A stretch of 26,563 nt of DNA from the IMG/VR virus record IMGVR_UViG_3300030372_002303, positions 1 through 26,563 of that record; one strand, written 5' to 3'. This document shows positions 1 to 8,706 of this stretch, piece after piece (position 1 is the stretch's first letter; each line of letters opens with the position of its first letter). The notes under the pieces are model-generated. The model did not search any database and had not been told where the DNA came from. It saw only the letters and a list, made by a program, of their open reading frames with translations. This stretch comes from a virus (Duplodnaviria; Caudoviricetes). A program made the position numbers and the translations under genes.

Positions 1-492
1 TACACTACCGACATTAGTGAGAGGGTACGATTATCATTAGTGCAAGGGGTACTTCAGAAAATGCCTCGAAAAGACATTAGTGCTATGCTGTTAAGAGATT
101 TATCTATAAAACCCTATCAAGTCGATACGCTTATCACCACTTCAATGGCAACCTACTCACGATCACTTACTTTATTACAGTTAGAGCAAAACCCCACGCA
201 AAAATTAATATACAATGGCCCAATGGACTCTAAGACCAGACCAGTATGTATTCGGATGTTGAAAGAAGGGGGGATGACACAGGAGCAAGTAGAAGCCAAA
301 TATCCAGGCGCATTGCGTGACGGTGGCGGATTTAATTGTAGGCATCAATGGGTTGCATTGTCACCGACTACTCAAAATAAGGATATACAGCAGAAAGCTA
401 AAGTAGCTTATCAAGGGATGGCTGCTAAAGCAACAAAAAAGAGAAGAGTATTTAAAGTGCCACAAACTTTGGAGCAGTATTACAATGATTAA
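1..492 (+). CDS. Head morphogenesis protein (SPP1 gp7/Mu gpF-like), 5'-truncated
   Basis: Frame is open from base 1. Motifs D-x-x-TR-x-x-C (MDSKTRPVC) and GGGFNCRHQW are typical of the gpF/gp7 family C-terminus. Lies upstream of scaffold and capsid. Confidence 0.75.
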   Translation, partial: YTTDISERVRLSLVQGVLQKMPRKDISAMLLRDLSIKPYQVDTLITTSMATYSRSLTLLQLEQNPTQKLIYNGPMDSKTRPVCIRMLKEGGMTQEQVEAKYPGALRDGGGFNCRHQWVALSPTTQNKDIQQKAKVAYQGMAAKATKKRRVFKVPQTLEQYYND

Positions 493-967
493 TCTTGAGA
501 GAGCATTTACTTTTAGCAAGTCTTTCTTTACTGCACTTGGTAAACGTGTGACAAAAGCGCATAAGCGCTCTATCTTTAGTAAAGGACTTGATCACAAGGG
601 AAATACTTTTACTGATTATACGCCTGCTTATAAAAAACAAAAGCAAGCGCTGGGTAAATATTCTGGCAAAGTTGATTTGAAATTGTCAGGAAATATGAAA
701 AAAGCTTTTCAGTTTATTAGTGCAGATAAAACTGGTTTCTCATACGGAATTGAAGGAGATGAATCAGCAGAAGGTTCTATGGCACAACGTATGGATTTTC
801 AAGGTGATCAAAAGAAAACGAGAAAAAGATTTACAACAAGAAAAACCAACCCTATACCCCCAGATGAGCAACAAATGATTGGTAAAGAAATGGCAGAACA
901 AGTGGTCAGAAACTTTACGAAAGAGTTGCGTAAGAACGGAATGGGGTATAAGGTTTACACCATATAG
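485..967 (+). CDS. Virion morphogenesis/neck protein (Mu gpG-like)
   Basis: Basic 160-aa protein with GLDHKGNTFTDYTPAYKKQK...VDLKLSGNM, a pattern seen in phage virion morphogenesis proteins. Overlaps the previous gene. Confidence 0.55.
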   Translation: MINLERAFTFSKSFFTALGKRVTKAHKRSIFSKGLDHKGNTFTDYTPAYKKQKQALGKYSGKVDLKLSGNMKKAFQFISADKTGFSYGIEGDESAEGSMAQRMDFQGDQKKTRKRFTTRKTNPIPPDEQQMIGKEMAEQVVRNFTKELRKNGMGYKVYTI

Positions 968-975
968 GAGATATT

Positions 976-1503
976 ATGGAAACGGACGTAAAAGTCGAGC
1001 AGCAAGCTCAAGCCGAAGAACAGGCTAATGTTCAAGAAAGCACCGACACTTCCTCTGAAGTCGGACAGCTTATCGCAGATGCGAAGAAGTACAGAACACA
1101 GAGGCAGGCAGCTGAAGCAAGGATAAAGGAACTGCAAGGTCAACTCGATGCTCGTGAAGAAGCAGAAATGCAGAAGAACAACGAGTGGCAGGATCTAGCT
1201 ACCAAGTACAAGTCTGAACGAGATGAGTACAAATCTCAGGCAGAAGAAGGTCTACAGATCAAAGAATCTGTGCGAAAAGAACTTCTTAATCAACTATCTG
1301 ACGAGGATCGAGAATTTGCGATTGATCTACCAACTGAAAAGTTGCAGAAATTCGTAACTCGGTCAAGTAATCAAACAGTTAAAACAAATGAATCTTATTC
1401 CACACCGATGCCCGATAGATCGGTAAACCCTTTTGCTGAGATGACGAAAGAGCAGAGGCAAAGTAATTGGAATAAGGTTTTATCAAACTACGCTAAAAAG
1501 TAG
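976..1503 (+). CDS. Capsid scaffolding protein
   Basis: AGGAG SD. Acidic N-terminus, long coiled coil (DAKKYR...), located immediately upstream of the major capsid gene. Confidence 0.75.
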   Translation: METDVKVEQQAQAEEQANVQESTDTSSEVGQLIADAKKYRTQRQAAEARIKELQGQLDAREEAEMQKNNEWQDLATKYKSERDEYKSQAEEGLQIKESVRKELLNQLSDEDREFAIDLPTEKLQKFVTRSSNQTVKTNESYSTPMPDRSVNPFAEMTKEQRQSNWNKVLSNYAKK

Positions 1504-1523
1504 CGTAGAAAGGTAGAAATCGA

Positions 1524-2393
1524 ATGGCATTATCAGAGAATTTTGCTGGCGCTTCGGTCACCACGACTACTGCCGCTAATTTTATACCTGAGATTTGGAC
1601 TGATGGAATTAAAGCATATTTAGAACGCAATCTTGTGTTTGAACAATGTGTGGATACTTCTTTAAACGGTCTAGTTAAAGGTAGAGGGGACGTGTTTCAC
1701 ATTCCAAAATTAGCAGAAGTAAGTGATGCAGCGAAGGCAGCAGAAACATTAGTAACATACGCAGCTTCAACACATGCGAAGTCCGATCTTACGATCGACC
1801 AGCATCGTTACGCTGCAAAATTAGTAGAAGATATAGCAGCAGTACAGTCAATTCCAGGACTTTTTGAGAAAGAAGTTAGTGGGATGGCTTATAGCCTTGC
1901 AAAAACTTACGATGCTTTTATAGAATCAAGAGTTGAGGCAGCGACTACTAATTCAACTACTTTAGCAGGAGACAACGTAATTACAGCAGCCGAGATTCGT
2001 GGGGGAATGAAAACTCTTATGGAAGCGGATGTAGACACTAACGAGTGTAACTTCGTGGTTTCACCAGCGCTTTATGTAGCGATGCTTGGAATTGATGATT
2101 TTATTGATGCAAGTAAGATAGGTGCAGGCCCTTCTGCATTGAAGAATGGTCAAATAGGAATGCTTTATGGCATGCCTGTTCTTCACTCTACAGTCATGGG
2201 GTCATCAGCCTCTACTGGCGTGGAAGTTGGATACATTTTTCATCCAAGTGCGGTAAGCGCAGCTCGACAGCTGGAGCCAAGAGTTCAATCGGAATATAGC
2301 GTTGACTTCTTAGGTACTAAAGTTGTCTCAGACATGCTTTACGGAGCAGTAACAGTTTTTGAGGGAAGAATACAGGAATTTAAGAATCCTTAA
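1524..2393 (+). CDS. Major capsid protein (HK97 fold, P22 coat/N4 gp56-like)
   Basis: FIPEIW, GDVFHIP, LTIDQHRY, GQIGMLYGMPV and DMLYGA motifs. 289 aa, follows the scaffold. Confidence 0.88.
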   Translation: MALSENFAGASVTTTTAANFIPEIWTDGIKAYLERNLVFEQCVDTSLNGLVKGRGDVFHIPKLAEVSDAAKAAETLVTYAASTHAKSDLTIDQHRYAAKLVEDIAAVQSIPGLFEKEVSGMAYSLAKTYDAFIESRVEAATTNSTTLAGDNVITAAEIRGGMKTLMEADVDTNECNFVVSPALYVAMLGIDDFIDASKIGAGPSALKNGQIGMLYGMPVLHSTVMGSSASTGVEVGYIFHPSAVSAARQLEPRVQSEYSVDFLGTKVVSDMLYGAVTVFEGRIQEFKNP

Positions 2394-2419
2394 TCCTTAA
2401 TTACGAATAGGAGATCAAT

Positions 2420-2453
2420 ATGGGGGGTATGTATTTATCCCCCATTCCTTATT
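2420..2453 (+). terminator. Stem-loop after the capsid gene (possible weak intrinsic terminator)
   Basis: ATGGGGGGTA (2420-2429) pairs with TATCCCCCAT (2436-2445): 10 bp including one G-U, 6-nt loop, followed by an imperfect U tract TCCTTATT. Confidence 0.55.
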
Positions 2454-2669
2454 ATGTTTAGAACATACGATTATAAATGCAATAAATGTGAAAAAGTCTT
2501 TGAAGCCATGACTAAAGTGGATGAAAAGGCTAAATGTGCTTGTGGGTCTACTGATCTTAACAAGCTAATGAGCGCACCTTTATTTGAATTAAAGGGGAAT
2601 GGCTGGCCAGGAAAAGAGTTTAAAGCTCAGTCCGACTGCAAACGCATGGCCAATGGTCAGACAATATAA
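2454..2669 (+). CDS. FmdB-family-like zinc ribbon protein
   Basis: TYDYKCNKC..FE...CACG...LMSAP.FELKGNGW matches the CxxC_CxxC_SSSS/FmdB pattern. The second knuckle is CxC. Confidence 0.75.
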   Translation: MFRTYDYKCNKCEKVFEAMTKVDEKAKCACGSTDLNKLMSAPLFELKGNGWPGKEFKAQSDCKRMANGQTI

Positions 2670-2717
2670 GTGTAGTCTAATCCTCTTTAATTGAAGTCTA
2701 CTAACAGGGGAAAATAA

Positions 2718-5700
2718 ATGGCTAATTACAATTCAGATTATACTGGCGCTCAAATTGACAGCGCAGTATCGAGAGCAAATTCAACCGATGTAACAGCAGG
2801 AACAGTCGCAGCGAGTAAGGCGGTTGTTGTTGATTCTAACAAAGATATAACAGGATTTAGACACATCACTGCTACTGGTACGGTTACAGCAGCAAATGTT
2901 TCATTAACAGGAAATGTGGATCTAGGCGATGCTAGTGGCGACACAGTAACGATTACTGGGTCTATCGATTCTAATCTTATACCAGCGACAGATGATACTT
3001 ATGATATAGGTAGTTCTAGTTATGCTTGGCAAGATATTTACTTAGAAGGCGACATATATTTATCTGATGCTACAGAAATAGATGTAGCGAGTGGAAATTT
3101 AACCATAGACGTTGCTGGTGATATAGAAATCAATGCAGATGGCGGTGATATTACCTTTAAAGATGCCTCTAGCACACTTGCAGCAATAGATTCTAGTGGA
3201 GATTTTAACGTAGCTGGTTCAATCGAGACAGCAACAATAGATTATACCGATGGTGATTTAGCCATAACCATCGCAGACGGTGGGGGCGTTACCTTTGCTC
3301 AGACTTCAAGCCAGGTATCAGGTTCTACTATCGGAAATGTAACGATTGCCAATGGCTCTATCACTGATTCCTCTGGTGCAATTAGCTTTGGCAACGAGAA
3401 TTTAACTACAACTGGCTCTTCAACTGCTGGTAGCTTTGTTACTGGCACATTAACTGTAGATGATGGATCAATTACTGATAGTGATGGTAGTATATCATTT
3501 GGTGATGAGAATCTAACGACTACAGGAATAATCAGCTTCGGAACATTAACCGACTCTGGTGAGTCAATCGCAGTTACAAAGTTTGTCGATGAAGGTGATG
3601 GTATTTCAAGTAATGACAATGACACAACCATTCCTACTTCTGCCGCAGTTAAAGATTATGTGGATACAAAGGTTACCGCTGAAGATCTTGACCTAACAAC
3701 TGATTCTGGTACAATAGCGATTGATCTTGATTCTGAGACTTTAACTTTAACTGGTGGAACAGGAGTAGATACTTCAGCAAGTTCTAATACAGTTACTTTT
3801 GCCTTAGATCTTAATGAATTAGCTACTGAAACAACGATTGCTGATGCAGACTTTATTGCGATGGTAGATGCAACGGACGATGGCTCTGGTAAAATAACTT
3901 TTGAAAATTTAGAAGATGCAATATTCGCATCTGTAAGTGGTGATATAACGATAACTGAAGGCGGAGTTGCTGCTATCCAAGCAAATTCAGTTGCTTTAGG
4001 TACGGATACGACAGGAAATTATGTAGCAACAGTTGCAGATAGTGGCGGTGGTGGTATTACAGTAGCTAATAGTGGCTCAGAATCCGCAGCAGTTACTTTA
4101 GAATTAGACATTAAAGGATTAACTGAAGATTCAATTGCAAGTGGAGACTTTATTGCTTTCTCTGATGAAGGTGAATCTGGTGACCCAGCAAATCGTGAAA
4201 CGATTGACGATGTAGCTACCTTATTTGCTGGAACAGGATTAACTGCCTCAAGTGCGGTGATTGGTGTAGATGCAAGTCAAACTCAAATTACTGCCGTTGG
4301 AACACTCGCAACGGGAGCTATTAGTAGCGGATTTGGTGCAATAGATATTGGCTCAAGCACAGCAAACTTTGGTGCGACAACTGTAGATAGTTTAAGTGCA
4401 TCTGATGGTAATATTACTAATGTAGGAGATATTGCTCTGGATAGTATTAGTGCTGATGGTACTGATATTAATATTGCGGTATCTGATAATTCTGCAACTG
4501 CTTTAACAGTTAAACAAGGCTCTGATGCTTATCTAATTATAGATACTGCAAATAGTAGTGAATCAGTTTCAATTGGAACAGGAATTTCTGGAACAGTATT
4601 AACACTAGGCCATTCTACTTCAGAAACTACAGTAGCAGATAACTTATCAGTTGATGGCAATCTTACAGTTAGCGGCAATCTTTTAATTACAGGCGATAGT
4701 TCTGAAATTAAAGCTGATGATCTAGTAGTAGACAATGCCACAATCGCAATGGGATTGACGAATGGTGCTGCACCAAGCGCAGATAGTGGATTTGATTTAG
4801 GTATTGTGCCTCATTGGCATACTGGATCTGGTGCTAAAACAGCTTTCTTAGGAGTCGATGTAAGTACATCTGCATCTGCACCTAAATTAACCTACATACC
4901 AGATGCCTCATTTTCCTCAAGCATTGTATCTGGTACTGCTGGAACAATCGTAGCAAATTTAGAAGGTAATGTTACTGGAACATCTGGCTCTACGATTGGC
5001 AACTTAACTTTAGCTGACGGATCTATAACAGATTCTTCTGGTGCAATAAGCTTTGGAGATGAAAATCTTAGCACGACAGGAACTTTTAGTGCTGAACATT
5101 TAACATCAACTGATGATGCTACGATAACAGACACAATTTCAATAGATGGCACAATGACAATAGCCACAGGATCTATAACAGATTCAAGTGGTGCAATAGA
5201 TTTCGGAAATGAAAATTTATCAACCTCTGGAACTTTAAGTACTGGAGTAGTTACTGCAACTGGCTTTACAATCGGAAGTGCAGTTATCGCAGAAGCCGAA
5301 TTAGAAATGATAGATGGAATTACTGCTGGAACAGCAGCAGCATCAAAAGCAGTAGTTTTAGATGGCTCAAAAAATATAGCTACACTTGGAACAATAGGTT
5401 CTGGAGCAATTACTGCTACAGGAACAAGCTCTTTTGCTTCTTTAGATATTTCAGGTGATGTAGATGTAGATGGCACGCTTGAAACTGATGCTCTTACAAT
5501 TAATGGAACTACGCTTGCTGAAACTATTTCAGATACAGTAGGTGCAATGGTTGGCTCTAATACTGAGACAGGAATAGCAGTTACTTATGAAGATGGTGAC
5601 AACACATTAGACTTTGTTTTAGGTGCTACACAAACAACTCTAACCTCAATATTAAATGCAAGTTTAGTAGCTGGTAGAGATGCAGATAACCAAATTAAGT

Positions 5701-7322
5701 TTAGCACAGATGACCAAATAATTTTTAGAGTTGCTGGTGGTGATGGTGTAACAATGAAAGCAAGTGGTGAGATTGAAGCAACTTCCTTAGATATTAGTGG
5801 AGCTTCAGCAATAGATGGTACTGCAACATTCGCTGGAGTTATTAGAGGTGCAAATGGTTCTGCTTCTGCTCCTGAATTTTCATTTACAAATAACACAGAT
5901 TCAGGAATGTATAGTCCAGCAGATAATCAATTAGGTTTAGCAAGTGGTGGCTCACGAGCAGTTGAATTTGGTGGAGACCAATCCTCTACATTTTATGGAA
6001 ATATACAAATTGCTGGAACAACACCTACTTTATTTATTGGTGATGATGGTGCTGAAGATGCAAAACTTCAAATTCTTGGTAATGCAATAGACTTTCACAT
6101 AGGGATTGATGACTCTGAGGATAAGCTAACTATTGGTAAAGGTTCTACTCTTGGAGCATCAGGTACACCATTTATAACAATAGATGAAAATGGCATGGTT
6201 ACACTTCCTGATAATTATATGACTGTATTAGGACGATTGGGAATTGGTAGTGCTTTACCAGCAGTAGAGCTTGATGTTCATGGAAGTGCAGAAATGGTCG
6301 CTGGATTTGGTAAAGCAAATGATGAAAACGCCTATGTGTCAGTCAGAACAGACAATGTTCAAAATAGGATTTGTGGATATTCATTCAATAGAAAAACATC
6401 TACTCCAACTGGAGTTGGCTCTACAGATACTTTAGCATACATACATAGTAATGTTAAAAATGCTACTGGTGCTACAAGCGCTTCTGGAGATTTGCAATTT
6501 ATCACCAATAGTGGAGGTAATTTAGGCACAAGGATGACAATAGATAAAGATGGCAAAGTCGGAATTGGGACTACTGCTCCAACTGCGCCTTTACATATTA
6601 AAGCTGCACCTATTAATACAAGTGGTGCAAGGTCTGCTCAATTATATATTGAAGATACCACAGCTTTTGGTAGTACTCAAAACTCAGGAATACAATTTAG
6701 ACAAGAATGGCAAACTGGTAGTGTAACATCTACTTCAGCAATAGTTGGAACAAGAACATCAACTTCAAGTGGTAATTATGGTGGTTCTTTAATATTCCAA
6801 ACAAGAGCGAATGGTGGAGATTTAGCAGACAATATGACTATTGAAGATGACGGAACTATACAAATTCCTGGCACTTGTTCTATACAAGGAATAACAGAAA
6901 CTAAAAATATTAGAGCAAGAGATAATGATTCTTATGATATAGGAACGTCAAGCAAATTATATGATGATATATATGCTACAAACGGAACAATACAAACTTC
7001 TGATGCACGACTAAAAGAAAGCGTTGAAGATTCAAAGCTTGGATTAGACTTCCTCAATAAACATCGTCCTGTATCTTATAAACAAAAAGGTAAAACAAGA
7101 AGGCACTATGGTCTTATAGCTCAAGAAGTTGAAAAAGTTTTAGTAGATAGTAGCATACCTACAGAAGATTTTGCTCCACTTATAAAAGATAACTTAAAAG
7201 ATGATAATGATGTTGAAACAGGTGAGAACATATATGGAATGAGATATACTGAATATGTAGGAATTTTAATTAAAGCAGTACAAGAATTATCAGCTAAAGT
7301 AGAGGCACTTGAAAATGCTTAA
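2718..7322 (+). CDS. Long fibre/receptor-binding protein with C-terminal peptidase S74 intramolecular chaperone
   Basis: 1534 aa, rich in G/T/S/D, with internal repeats and an RMTIDKDGKVGIGTTAP motif. C-terminal TSDARLK...GLIAQEVE...LIKAVQELSAKVEALE (about 6996-7322) is the S74 signature. Confidence 0.85.
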   Translation: MANYNSDYTGAQIDSAVSRANSTDVTAGTVAASKAVVVDSNKDITGFRHITATGTVTAANVSLTGNVDLGDASGDTVTITGSIDSNLIPATDDTYDIGSSSYAWQDIYLEGDIYLSDATEIDVASGNLTIDVAGDIEINADGGDITFKDASSTLAAIDSSGDFNVAGSIETATIDYTDGDLAITIADGGGVTFAQTSSQVSGSTIGNVTIANGSITDSSGAISFGNENLTTTGSSTAGSFVTGTLTVDDGSITDSDGSISFGDENLTTTGIISFGTLTDSGESIAVTKFVDEGDGISSNDNDTTIPTSAAVKDYVDTKVTAEDLDLTTDSGTIAIDLDSETLTLTGGTGVDTSASSNTVTFALDLNELATETTIADADFIAMVDATDDGSGKITFENLEDAIFASVSGDITITEGGVAAIQANSVALGTDTTGNYVATVADSGGGGITVANSGSESAAVTLELDIKGLTEDSIASGDFIAFSDEGESGDPANRETIDDVATLFAGTGLTASSAVIGVDASQTQITAVGTLATGAISSGFGAIDIGSSTANFGATTVDSLSASDGNITNVGDIALDSISADGTDINIAVSDNSATALTVKQGSDAYLIIDTANSSESVSIGTGISGTVLTLGHSTSETTVADNLSVDGNLTVSGNLLITGDSSEIKADDLVVDNATIAMGLTNGAAPSADSGFDLGIVPHWHTGSGAKTAFLGVDVSTSASAPKLTYIPDASFSSSIVSGTAGTIVANLEGNVTGTSGSTIGNLTLADGSITDSSGAISFGDENLSTTGTFSAEHLTSTDDATITDTISIDGTMTIATGSITDSSGAIDFGNENLSTSGTLSTGVVTATGFTIGSAVIAEAELEMIDGITAGTAAASKAVVLDGSKNIATLGTIGSGAITATGTSSFASLDISGDVDVDGTLETDALTINGTTLAETISDTVGAMVGSNTETGIAVTYEDGDNTLDFVLGATQTTLTSILNASLVAGRDADNQIKFSTDDQIIFRVAGGDGVTMKASGEIEATSLDISGASAIDGTATFAGVIRGANGSASAPEFSFTNNTDSGMYSPADNQLGLASGGSRAVEFGGDQSSTFYGNIQIAGTTPTLFIGDDGAEDAKLQILGNAIDFHIGIDDSEDKLTIGKGSTLGASGTPFITIDENGMVTLPDNYMTVLGRLGIGSALPAVELDVHGSAEMVAGFGKANDENAYVSVRTDNVQNRICGYSFNRKTSTPTGVGSTDTLAYIHSNVKNATGATSASGDLQFITNSGGNLGTRMTIDKDGKVGIGTTAPTAPLHIKAAPINTSGARSAQLYIEDTTAFGSTQNSGIQFRQEWQTGSVTSTSAIVGTRTSTSSGNYGGSLIFQTRANGGDLADNMTIEDDGTIQIPGTCSIQGITETKNIRARDNDSYDIGTSSKLYDDIYATNGTIQTSDARLKESVEDSKLGLDFLNKHRPVSYKQKGKTRRHYGLIAQEVEKVLVDSSIPTEDFAPLIKDNLKDDNDVETGENIYGMRYTEYVGILIKAVQELSAKVEALENA
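3321..5231 (+). repeat. Four copies of a ~30-aa repeat in the fibre (GSITDSSGAISFGNENLTTTG), arranged as two pairs
   Basis: Copies at about 3321-3416, 3444-3527, 4986-5081 and 5148-5231. Copies 3 and 4 share the identical DNA stretch ggatctataacagattc. Confidence 0.85.
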
Positions 7323-7617
7323 AAGCTCTGCATATTTCTTCTTAGGATTTTTAGCTGGACTGGTTATTGTAGAACTGACGGATGGCAAACCAGCTAAGAG
7401 AGTCAATTACTATACTAATGACCAGTATATGGTAAGGTATGTCTACAGACAATTTCCCAGTCATTACTATCATTATAGAATGCAACCAGATACTTTTAAT
7501 AACCAAAGACCTCAAAGACAATCTTCTAATAGTGGAGAAAATAGAGGGAATACACAAACTAACACTTTTAATCATACTGCTCAAGAAAGAACAGAAAGCT
7601 GGGGAACTAAAAACTAA
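7315..7617 (+). CDS. Hypothetical protein with N-terminal TM/signal segment, Tyr-rich middle and N/Q/S-rich tail
   Basis: ATG at 7315 overlaps the fibre 3' end. AYFFLGFLAGLVIV is hydrophobic. Confidence 0.65.
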   Translation: MLKSSAYFFLGFLAGLVIVELTDGKPAKRVNYYTNDQYMVRYVYRQFPSHYYHYRMQPDTFNNQRPQRQSSNSGENRGNTQTNTFNHTAQERTESWGTKN

Positions 7618-7766
7618 TGGCTTGGTTTTATCTACATTGTACAGTCGCAGTAATAGTTTTAATAGCAGATGCTCAAGGTACGTTTGAACCTTTTATGTAT
7701 AAATGGGAAAAGAAATTAGGAATCCCAGTCCCAGAAGAAGTTGAAAAGGAAGAAATTAATGGCTAA
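7617..7766 (+). CDS. Small 49-aa membrane/exported protein (not in ORF track)
   Basis: MAWFYLHCTVAVIVLIADAQGTFEPFMYKWEKKLGIPVPEEVEKEEING*. TAATG coupling to the upstream stop, and it overlaps the next start. Confidence 0.7.
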   Translation: MAWFYLHCTVAVIVLIADAQGTFEPFMYKWEKKLGIPVPEEVEKEEING

Positions 7767-8112
7767 AGAATTAAGTGAAGAAAAGATATTAGGATCTAAG
7801 TTTACTTTATCCTTACAGACAATGATCGCTGCTGGAACTGGTTTAGCATCTTTGATCGGAATGTGGTATGCCCTCCAAGCAGATATACAGGAAGCCAAAG
7901 AACTACCTGTCCCTGTATCTTTGTTTTCTCAAGAATATCCAAGTAAAGGCATTAGCGATTATAATTGGAGTCCATCATACGAACAATATAAACAACAGGT
8001 TGGAGACTTAGGTGAAAACCAAGACGAGATTTTTGAAATGGTTGAAGAATTACAAGAAGAAATTGAAAAACTAAAACAACAAGTTATTGACTTGAGGATT
8101 GCAGTACAATGA
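7759..8112 (+). CDS. Single-TM coiled-coil protein
   Basis: ATG 7759 with an AAGGA SD. TM segment MIAAGTGLASLIGMWY, C-terminal heptad repeats. Confidence 0.75.
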   Translation: MAKELSEEKILGSKFTLSLQTMIAAGTGLASLIGMWYALQADIQEAKELPVPVSLFSQEYPSKGISDYNWSPSYEQYKQQVGDLGENQDEIFEMVEELQEEIEKLKQQVIDLRIAVQ

Positions 8113-8489
8113 GGTGGCTACTATTACTAACATTGGCTTTTAGTCAACAAAAGGTAACAGACTCTAATTTTTACGGAGCTATTTACAAAGGGATGCACTT
8201 AGTAAGATTTACTGCTGAGTGGTCAAACGATAACAAACAAAACTTTTATCAAGGTAAGTTTATCGTAACTGGTGATAGTGCTTACTTAGGAACGCAGATG
8301 ATGATCTTGCCTGCAAAAAACGTAAGTGAGACTGTTAGAAAACTAAGATTAAGAAATTTTCCAAGTGTAGTTTTATTTAAGAATGGCAAAAAAGTAAAAG
8401 CTTGGAAAGCAGATTTTGATGGTAAACTTGAATTAACCACAGACGATGTTAAAAAATCTATTGATTGGCATTCAAGAGGAAATGATTAA
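8109..8489 (+). CDS. Exported thioredoxin-fold protein lacking CxxC
   Basis: Signal peptide MRWLLLLTLAFS-Q. LVRFTAEWSNDN aligns with thioredoxin xVDFWAxWCGPC, and RNFPSVVLFKNGKKV with the cis-Pro segment IPTLLLFKNG. Confidence 0.65.
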   Translation: MRWLLLLTLAFSQQKVTDSNFYGAIYKGMHLVRFTAEWSNDNKQNFYQGKFIVTGDSAYLGTQMMILPAKNVSETVRKLRLRNFPSVVLFKNGKKVKAWKADFDGKLELTTDDVKKSIDWHSRGND

Positions 8490-8706
8490 AAAAGATAAAG
8501 TAGAAAACTTTTTAAACACATTACTTAACCTTACTGGCATCGTTGGTATTGTTTATGTGTTTATGATCGTGTCGTCTTGCGATGACAATACTTATATAGC
8601 TGGATATAATAAAGATTTTGAAGAGATTAATCAGCAAATATTTGAAGTTGACTCACTATTAATGAGAATAGAAATGGAATTGGATTCGTTGTATGAAAGC
8701 AATTAG
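8482..8706 (+). CDS. Putative lipoprotein with coiled coil
   Basis: ATG 8482 with a GAGGA SD. Hydrophobic stretch ends in the lipobox V-S-S-C, followed by DD. Confidence 0.6.
   Translation: MIKKDKVENFLNTLLNLTGIVGIVYVFMIVSSCDDNTYIAGYNKDFEEINQQIFEVDSLLMRIEMELDSLYESN

Noticed and set aside
2385-2402. AATCCTT tandem duplication at the capsid stop (CCT TAA), resembling +1 frameshift sites of some capsid genes
   Set aside because: Both shifted frames stop within a few codons, so no extended capsid domain results.
2454-2669. FmdB-like gene as an auxiliary metabolic (formamidase regulator) gene
   Set aside because: It is a generic zinc ribbon often found in phage structural regions, and no metabolic partner is present.
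2692-2703. TGAAGTCTACT-containing stretch before the fibre resembles the reverse complement of 21233-21244 after the HTH gene
   Set aside because: Only two copies, in opposite orientation, in AT-rich DNA; not enough to call a regulatory motif.
2750-6556. Six minus-strand ORFs inside the fibre gene (up to 194 aa)
   Set aside because: Antisense shadows of G/T/S/D-rich codons, giving P/V/S/I-rich products with no SD or motifs.
2718-7322. Fibre repeats as a diversity-generating retroelement or invertible cassette
   Set aside because: No reverse transcriptase, no adenine-specific TR/VR pair and no inverted crossover sites. The repeats diverge mostly at synonymous positions.
7439-7687. 82-aa alternative-frame ORF, and minus-strand ORFs 7351-7584 and 7716-7898
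   Set aside because: They overlap better-supported, translationally coupled ORFs (7315-7617, 7617-7766, 7759-8112).
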